A DNA stretch of 64,000 bases from Octopus sinensis (taxonomy: Eukaryota): contig NC_043004.1 of the NCBI RefSeq assembly GCF_006345805.1, forward strand, positions 104,966,001 to 105,030,000, in the 5' to 3' direction. The notes beneath the pieces are model-generated. The model was not told the origin of the DNA and did no database searches. It worked only from the letters and a program-made list of their open reading frames with translations. The position numbers and the translations under genes are program-made. Every line of letters begins with the position of its first letter. The first letter of the stretch is position 1. Below, piece after piece: positions 13,780 to 26,764 of the stretch.

Positions 13780-13780
13780 C

Positions 13781-13828
<48 letters not shown>

Positions 13829-13925
13829 CGGGAAGCTTTATGAAAATAGACAAAAGACGAAGGCAGGTGGAAAACAAACGAACAATTGTATTAGTATGGC
13901 GCTCAGGAAATATAAATAAAACAAG

Positions 13926-13963
13926 TCTTTAACGTTTCGAGCCAACACTCTTCAACAGAAAGA
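13926..13963 (-). ncRNA. Hammerhead-like motif, family A copy
   Basis: TCTTT-CTGTTGA-A-GAGT(GTTG)GCTC-GAAA-CG-T-T-AAAGA. Confidence 0.55.
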
Positions 13964-14212
13964 TACACAGAGAGAAAAAAAACACAGAAAGAAGGAGAGA
14001 AAAAAAATGCGTGCAGTAGCTAACGAATCAACATGGCGATATGTATGTATATATATATACATATATACATATATATATATATTACGGAGATGTACTTGCA
14101 TTTGATTAGAGATTGTGTGCTGAAACGAAAACAATTGCAGTGTGGAAGGTGTTTGTAAGCCATTTAAGAAACACACAAAAGCCGTTCGATTCACTTCAAC
14201 ATTTAAGTTTAA

Positions 14213-14263
14213 TTTGTCAAAATATTTTCGTCGCTTTAAGACCGCAACCTGTTCACTGACAAA
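14213..14263 (-). ncRNA. Minimal type I hammerhead-like motif, family B (G3:C8 core)
   Basis: TTTGTCA-GTGAACA-G-GTTGC(GGTCTTAAA)GCGAC-GAAA-ATAT-T-T-TGACAAA: 7-bp stem I, 5-bp stem II and palindromic ATAT loop. Confidence 0.65.
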
Positions 14264-14276
14264 AATCCGTGCTGCA

Positions 14277-14313
<37 letters not shown>

Positions 14314-14371
14314 GCAGAATGAGATAAAAATCCAAGGCTGTGAAAGATTTCAGGACATTTATAAATAGAAG

Positions 14372-14419
14372 GTCTTACAGCTGTTTCCAGGATATCTTAT
14401 ATATCTCTTCATCGGAGAC
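14372..14419 (-). ncRNA. Hammerhead-like motif, family C (U4C core, weakened stem II base)
   Basis: GTCT-CCGATGA-A-GA-GATAT(ATAAG)ATATC-CTG-GAAA-CAGCTG-T-A-AGAC: palindromic ACAGCUGU stem III and 4-bp stem I. Confidence 0.55.
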
Positions 14420-14642
14420 AGTGTGAGAAAATGGTTAAGTGATAGTTATTCTAGATAAGATATGAAATAAAGAGTGAAGTGGAGGAATGAAAATAGATGT
14501 GAGATATGCAGGGATATTGTATCTGCAGTTCCATTATTTAGGCAGAATGGTATACATATAAGATTCTTGTACCTTTTGATTAAGTTCCAATAGTATTTAA
14601 AATTTATAAACATATATATATATATATATATACTACATACAT

Positions 14643-14721
<79 letters not shown>

Positions 14722-14791
14722 TACATACATACATACATACATACATACATACATACATACATACACATACATACATACATGTAAATATATA

Positions 14792-15640
14792 CAGGGTGCC
14801 ATGAATAAATTGTTGACTAAATTATACAAAAATGAAAATAACTCTGACATCTCATTCTAACAGATATATTTACCAAATTTATATAAAAATATCTTGAAAT
14901 ATTAAAGAGTAAATTTATCTAAAATTGCCATTGGCTTCAACCGATTTTGGAGTCTCCTGCAACTCTTCTGGACGGTCTCCTTGTTTAAGTTTGTGAATGC
15001 TGCCATAATCCTTGCCTTCAGTTCATTTTTGGTATTACAAGGAGTTTTGTTGGTCTCTCGCTCAACTGTGCCCCACACATAATAATCAAAGGGGTTGCAG
15101 TCTGGGGAGTTAGGTGGCCAGATGTTAGAAGTGATGTGGTCACAGAAATTGTCTGACAGCCATGACTGGGTTCTTCTGCTTGTGTAGCATGGTGCAGAGT
15201 CCTGTTGCCAGGCATAGGGTCTTCCAACAGCCGCCCTATTGACCCAGGGCAACACTACCTCCTCCAGGCAATTGATGTAGGCCTCTGTGTTGAGTCTGAT
15301 GCCATGTGGGAAGATGAATCATTCCAAAACTAGTGATCACTCCAGACACCATGTTGTTGGTTACATGTTTGATTTTTATCACTTCCAGTACATCTCCTCA
15401 GATTGCACTGTCTTCAGATTGACATCCAAACACTCTGAAATGGTTTCTATTGGAGCTTCCAGTATAGATGCCAAGCAGTACAGCATGTCGTTTCCAAATT
15501 TCTGGCAGGTTGAATTGTGTCATGAGGATGTTTTTCTCACGGACAGTGCCCAACTGACCCTACTATACCACATAGCCAACAAAATCGAAAACAAACAATG
15601 TGCATGTGCAAAATTAAAACTATAAAATGGCAACAACTTA
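14792..15640 (-). mobile_element. maT/mariner-like transposon fragment
   Basis: WQQDSAPCYTSRRTQSWL...WPPNSPDCNPFDYYVW catalytic region; one TA|CAGGGTG terminus. Confidence 0.8.
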
Positions 15641-15704
15641 CACATCGCACTGAATTGCTAGCTTCTGCACGCATTTTTTTCTCTCCTTGTTTCTTTTCTG
15701 TGTA

Positions 15705-15742
15705 TCTTTCTGTTGAAGAGCGTAGGCTCGAAACGTAAAAGA
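15705..15742 (+). ncRNA. Hammerhead-like motif, family A copy
   Basis: TCTTT-CTGTTGA-A-GAGC(GTAG)GCTC-GAAA-CG-T-A-AAAGA. Confidence 0.55.
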
Positions 15743-15838
15743 CTTGTGTTATTTATATTCCTGAGTGCCATACTAATATAATTGTTTGTTTGTACTCCAC
15801 CTGCCTTCGTCTTTTGTTTATTTTCATAAAGCTTCCCG

Positions 15839-15893
<55 letters not shown>

Positions 15894-17149
15894 TATATAT
15901 ATATATACACATATATATATATATACATATATATATATCATCATCATCATCATTATCATTAACGTCTTCTTTCGGATTTGTTTTTTACAAACAATATATA
16001 TGTATGTATGTATGTATGTAGTCATAAAACGAGACAGATGAGTGACAACCTGGTCACTGGTGGTGGTGTAACACACCATACTAATCATATCTGTCAGGCA
16101 TGTGGAAGAGAGTGTAATTTGGCAGGAGGACTTAAACGAGATGCAAAGGTACATGAAGCCCAGTTACAACTACAGCCGGCTATTACCAGTAAAGGTTTTA
16201 GTTGCCAATTCTGTACAAGACATTGTAGATCTTTAGCTGGGCTAAAAAGTCACATTCAATCACAGCATCAGTAACGGTTAAGCTTCGTGCAATGGCCATA
16301 CTCGATAACGAGGGGGCAGACATAACATATAACATGTATGTGTGTATGTATGCATGTATGTATGTATGTATGTATGTATGTATGTATGTATGTATGTATG
16401 TGTGTATGTGTGTATGTATGTATGTATGTATGTGTGTATGTATGTGTGTATGTATGTATGTATGTATGTATGTATGTATGTATGTATGTATGCATGAACG
16501 TATGCATGCATGTATGTGGGCGTATGTGTATATGTGTGTGGATATATATGTATGTATGTATATGCATATGCATAAGTATGTATGCCTTTGTGTTTGTATT
16601 TGTGTCCACCACCACTTGACAGCCAGTAGCACTGTTGGTTTGTTTACATTCATGTAACTTAGCAGTTCAGAAAAAGCAGATAATAGAATAAGTAGCGAAT
16701 AAATACTGGGGGCGATTTGTTTAGCTAAGCCCTTCAAGGCAGCGCCCCAGCATGGCTGCAGTCCAATGACTGAAACAAGTAAAAGATAAAAGATGGCCTT
16801 GGTGCTCTTGACTAAAAATACAGCATGGCTATATGGCAAAGTTAGTGCTTAGTAGACCAGGCAAATGTTTAGTTAACTTGATTAAATGGCAAACTTAGAA
16901 TTAACCCTATACTATTTAACCTGACCCTACTCAGCCAAAATAATCAATCTTTTTTTATGCTCAAACTGGCCAGATTCAGCCTCTCACACCTACCCTTTAA
17001 TGTCGTACTAAAAATAAACAATCATATCATTGAAATCTCGATGGTACAAGATAACGCATGATTAATTCATAAAAATGCGAATAAATAAGTATTACATCTG
17101 ACAGCTTAATATGAATGGTAAGAGGTTAAAGATGAAAGATGTATCATAC

Positions 17150-17285
17150 CTGAAGCGCTAATGAGCAATGTCGTTGACAATCTGCACTGCCTGGGTTACC
17201 AACTCCATTCAGTAGCTTTGGTATCACTCCTAACTTAGAAGAAGAAGAAAGAGGAACATCAATCTTGTGTTTAACGGGAAAAATT
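17150..17285 (-). CDS. ARMH1: ARMH1 exon 8 (136 nt; acceptor position uncertain)
   Basis: The 3' part LGVIPKLLNGVGNPGSADCQRHCSLALQ|gtatga resembles the ARMH1 MGN...SQR.ASL region. The only phase-2 AG that keeps the frame is taattag| ending at 17286. Confidence 0.65.
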
Positions 17286-17933
17286 CTAATTATTTCAAAT
17301 ACAATAATTAACATTCAAACATGTTTCCCTGAAATAATTCTTTTTCTATAACTATTTTAAAGTGCTGATCTCTCTAAGCGTGGAGAAAGGCATGAAAGCC
17401 ATGGAATTGAGTCTCACAGAGGTGATGACCAGTGATCAGGACTTTTGGTGATTTGCTGTGCTTGTGAAGACATGTCAAACCAAGTGAGATGCATATCTTA
17501 AATACTTACATCAATCAATTTCTTTGCAACCTCGTCATTATCTTCCACCACAATTCTGTAATTAAAGAATCAGGTATAAAGGTGAGCTTAAGCAAATTGA
17601 CAGATGTGTGTGCATGTGTGTGTGTGCATGTGTGTGTGTGTGTGTGTGTCTGTGTGTGTGTGTGTAACTGCATAATGACTATATGTGTGATTGCGTGTCT
17701 GTGTCATTCATGTTGTTTAACCCCAAGCCAGCCCTGATCATGTAAACCTATGATCAAAGGTATTCCAACAATGACCATCCTGTTGATTTCCTAGGCACAG
17801 CACACACATAGGACAACATTACTTAATGTCTCCTTTTTTTCCAAAAATGGTAAGAGTGTGGTTTGAGGGAGATTGGGCTGTTATCTCAAGCAGGTTGAGT
17901 AAAGGTATCATCATTGGCTTGTGTGTGTGTGTG

Positions 17934-17964
<31 letters not shown>

Positions 17965-19298
17965 AATTATATTTGAGTGTTTATGTATATGACAGATATG
18001 TGAGGAATATTTGTGTGTGTATATTTATGTACATAGCTTAGATAAATGCATGTGTGTGCATTTGTGTATGTGTCATGTATTTTCTTTCTCTTAAAGACCT
18101 AAAAAGTTCATGCCCATACATGGGCATGAACACAGAGAGTTACAGAGTCTGAGTGGTTTGAATAATGGCTGATAATTCAACAGCATCATAATGAGTCATC
18201 TCTCAAAATACTTAATGAACTTCAAACAAGTGGTTTGCCTCTGGCGGTGAATTTGCCACTAAAAGCAATTTCTTTTTGGTTAGACTAGGTTGAAGAATAT
18301 GTGTGTTTTATTTTAGTTTTAATGTTTTAGTCAGAAGACAAAGGATAAGGATCATGAAACTTACTGGGCCTTCGGCACTGGAGGAGTGAAAGGAAGAAGA
18401 TGACCTCGAGTTAAAGACATGGCCCAGATGCTTACAACAGCATAGACTTCAATACAGTTACCTAAGGGTCAAGTGGTGGTGTTAAATTGGGGGACAGATT
18501 AGACAATGTAAAAAACTTAATCATAAGCACACTTAACCATGGAGTTTTTGTTATGAATTTGTCTCTTTTACTTGTTTCAGTCATTTGACTGCAGCCATGC
18601 TGGAGCACCGCCTTTAGTCAAGCAAATCGACCAGTCATCGAATTTGATTTTGTCTGATCTTTTATAATAATATCCGGTTTATTAGCTTTTATAGTTTTGT
18701 CGGTATGTACAGGGAAGTCCCATAGAATCGACACATTTTCTCCCTCAGTCACAGCTTCAGGATGGTGTTTATACCATTTGTCAGTGGTTTTGATTTTATA
18801 ATGCCAACATATTGTCCAGTGTAACTACAGGTCGACTCTGTCATGTCTTGCTTTATATTCTACTTTATATTATTATCATTATTATTATCATTATGATGAT
18901 GATGTTGATGACGATGACGATGATGATGCAGCAGCTGCAGCAAACTGGCAGAATCATTAGCACACTGGGTGAAATGCCATATAGACCCTCAAAGGCCATT
19001 TGGACCCTCAAAGGCCATTTGGATCCTGGTTGAGAACCAATGACTTAGATTATCCTTCGTTTCTTCAAGATAGTAAAGTACGTTTTTGAAGAAGATTTGG
19101 CTGTGATTTCCAGCAGATCGAGTGACCATGATGGCACACGTCCAATTTTGTAGAAGATCAAGCAACCATTGATTTATAGTGTTTGTGTTATTGTTGTTAC
19201 TTGTGTTATTGTTTATATTGCTGTCATTGTTGTTGTTGTTGTTGTTAAATAAGGCTCCCTAAACAATAAACCCCCAGCTGAAGCAAGGAGGTCCTTAC

Positions 19299-19377
19299 CT
19301 TATAGTTTTAGCAGATGCTGCCTGTTGGATGTGGATATGGGAAGGCGTCGTCACTGATAGACTCGACTTCATCGGAT
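19299..19377 (-). CDS. ARMH1: ARMH1 exon 7 (79 nt)
   Basis: ttttgtag|AT...AG|gtaagg, phase 1 to 2. Encodes (D)PMKSSLSVTTPSHIHIQQAASAKTI(R), matching the QQAAAAK motif. Confidence 0.8.
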
Positions 19378-19599
19378 CTACAAAAGAAATGTTATTTCAT
19401 CATGGTCAAACTTGGATTTTCCAACTACAACCTCAACGTTTAAAATAATGAACATCAATACCACCAGTTATCACAACCACCACTGCCACTACTGCCACCA
19501 CCACCACCACCACCACCACCAGTGCGGCAACTTAAAGCAACCACCATATCACTACAACTATTACCATCTCCACTATCACTGCCTCCATTACCACCACAG

Positions 19600-20025
19600 T
19601 TGAACCAATTCTACTATATGGCTATATGGCTCAGAAACCTGGACGTTAGCAAAGAAGCTTGGGAGGCGGTTGGATGGAACCTACACTCGCCTCCTTATGA
19701 GAGCTCAAAATCTCTCGTGGAAGCGCCAGCCAACCAAAATGCAAATATATGGGAAACTACCACCTGTGTCATCTCTTGTGAAAGGTAAGAGAGTCCAGTT
19801 TGCTGGACATTGTTGTAGAGCTGAAAAAGAGGTAATTTCTACTCTTCTCCTCTGGAAGTCATCTACTTGCAATACCAGAGGGCACACACTCTCCTACCCT
19901 GATGTAATCTCCAGGGATACAGGCATCCAGCAACAGGACCTCCATGATGCCATGATGGACCGTGAAGTCTGGCGTAGCATGGTAAATTCCATTGTCTCGA
20001 CCACGGTCGAACAATGATGATGATG
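19600..20025 (+). mobile_element. 3' fragment of a distinct RTE-like LINE
   Basis: SETWTLAKKLGRRLDGTYTRLLMRAQNLSW...QFAGHC...AMMDREVWRSMV*, followed by (TGA)n. Confidence 0.75.
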
Positions 20026-21708
20026 ATTACCACCACTACCACCAGAACATGCCTCCTTACTAGAAATAGCAGGCAAACTTCTCTCAAATTGCTTACCTCA
20101 TCAGCATCTAGTGATTTGAAGAAGGTTTGACTATTATTGACGGACTGATATTTCTTAATCACTTAATCTAGCAATTTTTTAATTAGTCGCCCACACACCA
20201 TGACCACCACCACTACATTAATTCTGTCCTTTTTACCAAGTCAAGATAGGAAACTTTCTCCAGACTTATGTTATTTCTCACTCTTTACCACCAGGTGGCT
20301 CTCCTCAAACACTGGTTTTTGTACTAAGATAGCAACAGTTATTTCGTATTTAATTACTCCAAGAAAGTACAAACAATGGCTAATATTTTCTGCAAACTTT
20401 GCTCTTGTTACTCTTATTCAAACCCCAGAGCATCCCTCTCAACACATGGCTATGGATGCTCCCCTACTACTCCTGCTTATGATGAGAGATGCACATATTG
20501 TCAGCCACTAAAGGACATACTCAAGTGGTTAAGGTCAAGCAACTGATAAGCAAATCTGTGGTACTGAGCAGAATATCTGCTATAACAATATTTCTACTTC
20601 AGCGACTCAGCACTCAATCTGTCTGAAATGTAATAGAAAATAGGTCAGAAATCTGTCTGGAATGTAATAGAAAATAGGCCATGAGCTGGAAAGGCAACGA
20701 GCTGGCAGAAACATTAGCACGCCGGGCGAAATCCTTAACGGTATTTCGTCTGCCACTATGTTCTGAGTTCAAATTCCGCCAAGGTCGACTTTGCCTTTCA
20801 TCCTTTCGGGGTTGATAAATTGAGGACCAGTTACACACTGGGGTTGATATAATCGACTTAATCCGCTTGTCTGTCCTTGTTTGTCCCCTCTGTTTGTAGC
20901 CCCTTGTGGTCAGTAAAGAAATAAGAAAATAGGTCAGATTCAAAACATTGATGTCCAGATCACAAAAGTAAAAGTTTGAAGGGAACAGACAGACAAGCAA
21001 ATAAGAAATGACACTAACCAAAGAGAAAACAAATTTTAATTTCATTACACAAAGTTATCTTTGTCCCCATCACTCTATTGCTCCTTTTTTTCTTTCACTC
21101 TTTCATACTCCTTCTCTCTCTCCTTTTTTTTTTTCCCCTATCAATCCTTTTCTAAGAATTGGCTCATTTCAATTCAGTTATCAAGTGGCTTCATGGCTTC
21201 ATAAAGAGCCAAGTTCATGGGGGGAAAATATAGTGGGTTGGGCGTCCTGTCCAATGAGTCAACTAGTTATGTCCTACTTTTGTCTTTCCAGTGTGGTTCT
21301 TATAAAGATTAAATAGCTAATTCTCAACGATCTGGTCTACAAAGCCATCAGTGGCTGATATAATGTGGTGAGGCTCCTAACTGTAAACTCCTTTCATAAT
21401 TTTCAAAAGCTTTGTTAATTTTAAACACTGAGAACAAATGTTTCCATGGGGTTGAGAAATGTAACAGGAAAATACTCGAGTGCTTCCTTCCTTTGATTTT
21501 TTTAATGTGGAGATGTCATGAATAGGGTCCCAACAAAGCAATAATTCCAAAATATATTAGGGACAATAATGAAAATAAATATTTCATCTAAAGTAACAAA
21601 AACAAAACAAAATATTAACCGTTTAGCGTTCAGATTTGTTGGTCAAATGTATTTAGTCTTCTTTATTTACATTGATTAGAATTAGTCATGCCTTACCTTA
21701 CACATGCA

Positions 21709-21861
<153 letters not shown>

Positions 21862-22101
21862 ACATATGTTCTTGTTTTAAGGGTATCATGAAAGGAGGCC
21901 TGGTTGGAGGCTCAACCTTCCAAGTTCTTTTACACGGCTTAGAAAAACTGGAGGATCATTGTAAAAAATGTGTGAATCTGAGAGGGGAATATTTTGAATA
22001 AAATCATTTTCTTTTACTCAAAGCCAGGAACTTTTCAGAACCCCCTCATATACGTATGCGTGTATATATATGTGTGTGTGTGTGTATGTATATACATACA
22101 T

Positions 22102-22148
<47 letters not shown>

Positions 22149-22569
22149 AATATTAGGGAGTATAGCTCCAAACTTACAGGGAAAAATTCGATTTAGTATT
22201 AACTCAAATTTCCCAGTATAAATATATAAAATATGAATTAGAGATAAAACCACTATTAGGCAACTCAAACAATGATAGACATAAACCAATACATAAATAA
22301 CAAATAATATAAATATAATTAATATAATACATAATATATATATGTATATATAATTAATATATATATATTATTTTTTTTCAAAAAGTATAAAAAGAATGAT
22401 AAATAAAATATATTATATATAATATAATATATATATTATATATTATATTATATATATATATATTATATATATTATATTTATATATATTATATATATATTA
22501 TATTATATAATATATTATATTTATATATATATTATATTTATCATTCTTTTTATACTTTTTGAAAACAAA

Positions 22570-22610
<41 letters not shown>

Positions 22611-22647
22611 TATATTATATTATATATATTAATTATATTTATTATAT

Positions 22648-23444
22648 AACTAGCAGCATAGCCCAGCGTTGCCCGAGTATGTAAGAGCCCCTAGTAGGCA
22701 ATGACTAATCCCAATCTAGTCCATTCCCTCTTGGGAACGAAGGCGCATGTGTAGGTTGCAATGTCTTCTCTTCACTCGAATACTTCTGTGTATACGATGT
22801 TCCTAGCTGTCCCTTTGGGCAATAAAAAGGTCGAGTTGTGTCCCCTAGACAGTTTGTGATTTGTGTTTAATACACAAATCGGTTTGCTACGTGTGCCACA
22901 TATGATTTAATTAACCGATTTTTTCCAATAATAAAGTATCCTATTGGAATAAAAAAGGCCATATAGCTCATTGGAGCAGACATGATGCTCGCTGTGAATT
23001 TTAAAAAAAATTCCTGCCAATTTGTGAAAGATATTGTCGAAAATATGTCATCTTGAATTTGAACGCGATTTCCCAAAATGGCATGATTTTATCGATTTTT
23101 TCTGATGGTAAGGTATTGCATGGAAAACTAACGTCAGAATTAAGTTTCTTAGGGTAACATTAAGCTTCACCATGAGTTTGGTGAAAATTGATTGCAAGTT
23201 GCGAAAACTACAACAGAAAATGTGTTGCATATAAAAAGCTTAGATTCTCGACCCCATGTCGAATTTATCGATTTTTTCAGAACTAGGGGAACTTATCAAA
23301 ATTTTTGCTGCATTAGTTCTGAATTATGACATTGGGCTATGTGTGTGTCAAGTTTCATCAGAATCGGTTGAAAGCTGTGGTCAGGGTGAGGGTACAACCT
23401 GACAGACACACAGACAGACAAACTGCCGTTTATATAGAGAGAGA
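22648..23444 (+). mobile_element. Helitron/Helentron-derived non-autonomous (HINE-like) element
   Basis: ACTAGC...cccagcgttgcccg start and caagtttcatcagaatcggttg...(cagacaga)n...tttatatag end. Similar elements occur at 36601-37285 and, as a 3' end only, at about 50375-50645. Confidence 0.55.
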
Positions 23445-23723
23445 TTATATTTATATTAAGTCAAATCAAATACAGGAGATCAATATAGTGGACCATACCC
23501 TCCACTAAGGTGTAGTCCTCTAACAAATAAAATGAATAAAGTTTACTCTTTTACTCTTTTACTCGTTTCAGTCATTTGACTGTAGCCATGCTGGAGCACC
23601 ACCTCAAATCACCCCCAGGACTTATTCTTTGTAAGCCTAGTACTTATTCTATCGGTCTCTTTTGTTGAACCGCTAAGTTACAGGGATGTAAACACACCAG
23701 TTGGGGGGACAAACACAGACACA

Positions 23724-23762
<39 letters not shown>

Positions 23763-23764
<2 letters not shown>

Positions 23765-26764
23765 CATCATCATCATCATCATCATCGTTTAACGTCCGTT
23801 CTCCATGCTAGCATGGGTTGGACGGTTCGACCGGGGATCTGGGAAGCCAGAAGGCTGCACCAGGCTCCAGTCTTATCTGGCAGTATTTCTACAGCTGGAT
23901 GCCCTTCCTAACGCCAACCACTCCGTGAGTGTAGTGGGTGCTTTTTACGTGCCACCTGCACAGGTGCCAGGCGAGGCTGGCAACGGCCACGGTCGGATTG
24001 GTGTATTTTATGTGCCACCGGCACGGAAGCCAGACGAGGCAGAGCTGGCATCGGCCACGAGTCGGATAGTGCTTTTTACGCGACGAGTCGGATAGTGCTT
24101 TTTACGTACCACCAGACCAGGGATCCTGGCTGGTTCAATTCGATTTCGATTTCGATTTCGCTTGCCCCAACATGTCTTCGCAAGCAAGGGGGTTGGCATG
24201 GGTGCCTGTCGTACGGTCAGATTGATGTATTTTATGTGCCACCGGCACGGAAGCCAGTGGAGGCGGCGCTGGCATCGGCCACGAGTCGGATAGTGCTTTT
24301 TACGTACCACCAGACCAGGGATCCTGGCTGGTTCAATTCGATTTCGCTTGCCCCAACATGTCTTCGCAAGCAAGGGGGTTGGCATGGGTGCCTGTCGTAC
24401 GGTCAGATTGATGTATTTATGTGCCACCGGCACGGAAGCCAGTGGAGGCGGCGCTGGCATCGGCCACGAGTCGGATAGTGCTTTTTACGTACCACCAGAC
24501 CAGGGATCCTGGCTGGTTCAATTCGATTTCGCTTGCCCCAACATGTCTTCGCAAGCAAGGGGGTTGGCATGGGTGCCTGTCGTACGTCAATTGGTGTTTT
24601 TACGTGCCACCAGCCCGGAAGCCAGTGGAGGCGGCGCTGGCATAGGCCACGAGTTGGATAGTGCTTTTTACGTACCACCAGACCAGGGATCCTGGCTGGT
24701 TCAATTCGATTTCGATTTCGCTTGCCCCAACATGTCTTCGCAAGCGAAGGGGGTTGGCATGGGTGCCTGTCGTCGAATGAGGTTCTATATCGACTTCGCT
24801 TGCCTCAACAGGTCTTTGTGTCCAAGGGAGGAAAGGCATTCATAAGTGGGCTGGGCTCACTTGTCCTGCCTGGTCTTCTCACGTACAGAATATTTCCAAA
24901 GGTTTCGGTCACTGGTCATTTCCTCAGTGAGGCCTAAAGTTCGAAGGTCGTGCTTCAACACCTCGTCCCAGGTTTTCCTGGGTCTACCTCTTCCACGGGT
25001 TCCCTCAAGTGCTAAGGATTGGCACTTTCTCACACATCTCGCCACATGACCATACCAGCGCAATCGTCTCTCTTGCACACCACAACTGATGCCTCTTAGG
25101 TACAACATTTCTCTCAAGGTGCTAACGCTCTGGCGAGTATGTACACTGACATTACACATCCATCGGAGCATACTGGCTTCATTCCTCACGAGCTTACGCA
25201 TGTCCTCGGCAGTCACGGCCCATGTTTCACTGCCATGTAGCATGGCTGTTCGTACACACGCATCATACAGTCTGCCTTTTACTCTGAGCGAGAGGCCTTT
25301 AGTCACCAGCAGAGGTAAGAGCTCCCTAAACTTTGCCCAGGCTATTCTTATTCTAGCAGTTACACTTTCAGCGCACCCCACCCCCACTACTGACTTGGTC
25401 ACCTAGATAATGGAAGCTATCAACTACTTCTAGTTTTTTCCCCTTGGAAAGTGACGGAAGTTATTTTCTGCAGATTTTCGGAGGTTAATGCTCCTGAGCA
25501 TCTGCCACATACAAAAACTATCTTCCCAGTTAGCCTACCTTTGACATTGCTGCACCTCTTATGTGTCCATAGCTTACACTGGGTACATCTTATAGAGTTT
25601 CTACCTACACCTTTCTACAGATCGAGCAGGGCCATCTTCCTGAAGACATTTGTGGATTGTCTACCTTCCTACTTATTAGTACTTTGGTTTTAGCTAGGTT
25701 GACTCTAAGGCCCCTCGATTCTAAACCCTCCTTCCACCCTGGAACTTCTCCTCCAGCTCTGATAGTGACTCAGCAATAAGAGCAAGGTCGTCAGCGTAGA
25801 GGAGCTCCCAGGGACAACCTGTCTTGAATTCCTCCGTAATTGCCTGGAGGACTATGATAAATAGGAGGGGGCTGAGGACTGAACCCTGGTGGACCCCAAC
25901 CTCTACTTTGAATTCTTCTGTGTACATGTTGCCAACCCTAACCCTTACTTACAGCATCTCTGTACATGGCTTGCACAGTCCTCACCAGCCATTCATCTAT
26001 CCCTAGTTTCCTCATTGACTACCAGATAAGAGATCGGGGACCCTATCAAAGCTTTCTCCATGTCAACAAAAGCCAGGTACAGGGGCTTATCTTTGGCTAG
26101 GTATTTCTCCTGCAGCTGCCTTACCAGGAATATAGCATCAGGGTACTTTTCCCTGGCACGAACCCAAACTGCATCTCATCTAACTAACTCTCTCTCTAAT
26201 TAGTTGGACTATGACCCTCTCCGTAACCTTCATCACCTGGTCCAACAGCTTGATACCTCTGTAATTATTTGTATCTAGGGCATCACCTTTACCTTTGTAG
26301 CAGTTGACTAGTATGCTGCTACACCAGTCATTGGGTATGACTCCTTCGTGTATCACCTGGTTGACTATACGGGCGACTAGGTTATAGCCGACACCGCCAG
26401 ATATTTTGAGCATCTCTGCAGTAATTCCTGATGGGCCTGGGGCTTTCCCTGCCTTCATGCTTCTAATTGCCTTAGCTACCACGGAACTATCAACTCGGAT
26501 AGCTGGTCCCTCTGTTGGGTCAACATTCGGCAGACTCTCTTTATCCCATTCATTTTCTTTATTCAGCAACCTTTCATAGTGGCATCTCCAAACCTCTCTC
26601 TTTGCATCCTCATTTAGCGCAAGTGAACCATCATCCATGCGAACACACTTCTCTCCTACCACATCATGATTCTCTCTCACACACTGTCTTGCAACACGAA
26701 ATACCTCAAGTCTTTCATCCTCACGGCTCAGAACATTGGCAAATTTTTTCTTATCCGCTTCCCC
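23763..26764 (-). mobile_element. 5'-truncated, frameshifted RTE LINE nested in a SINE
   Basis: Same RT family as 1-2745 (ORFs 26180-26974, 25721-25927, 24857-25402). The 3'UTR carries four units of about 185 bp and a (GAT)n tail at 23763. Confidence 0.92.
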
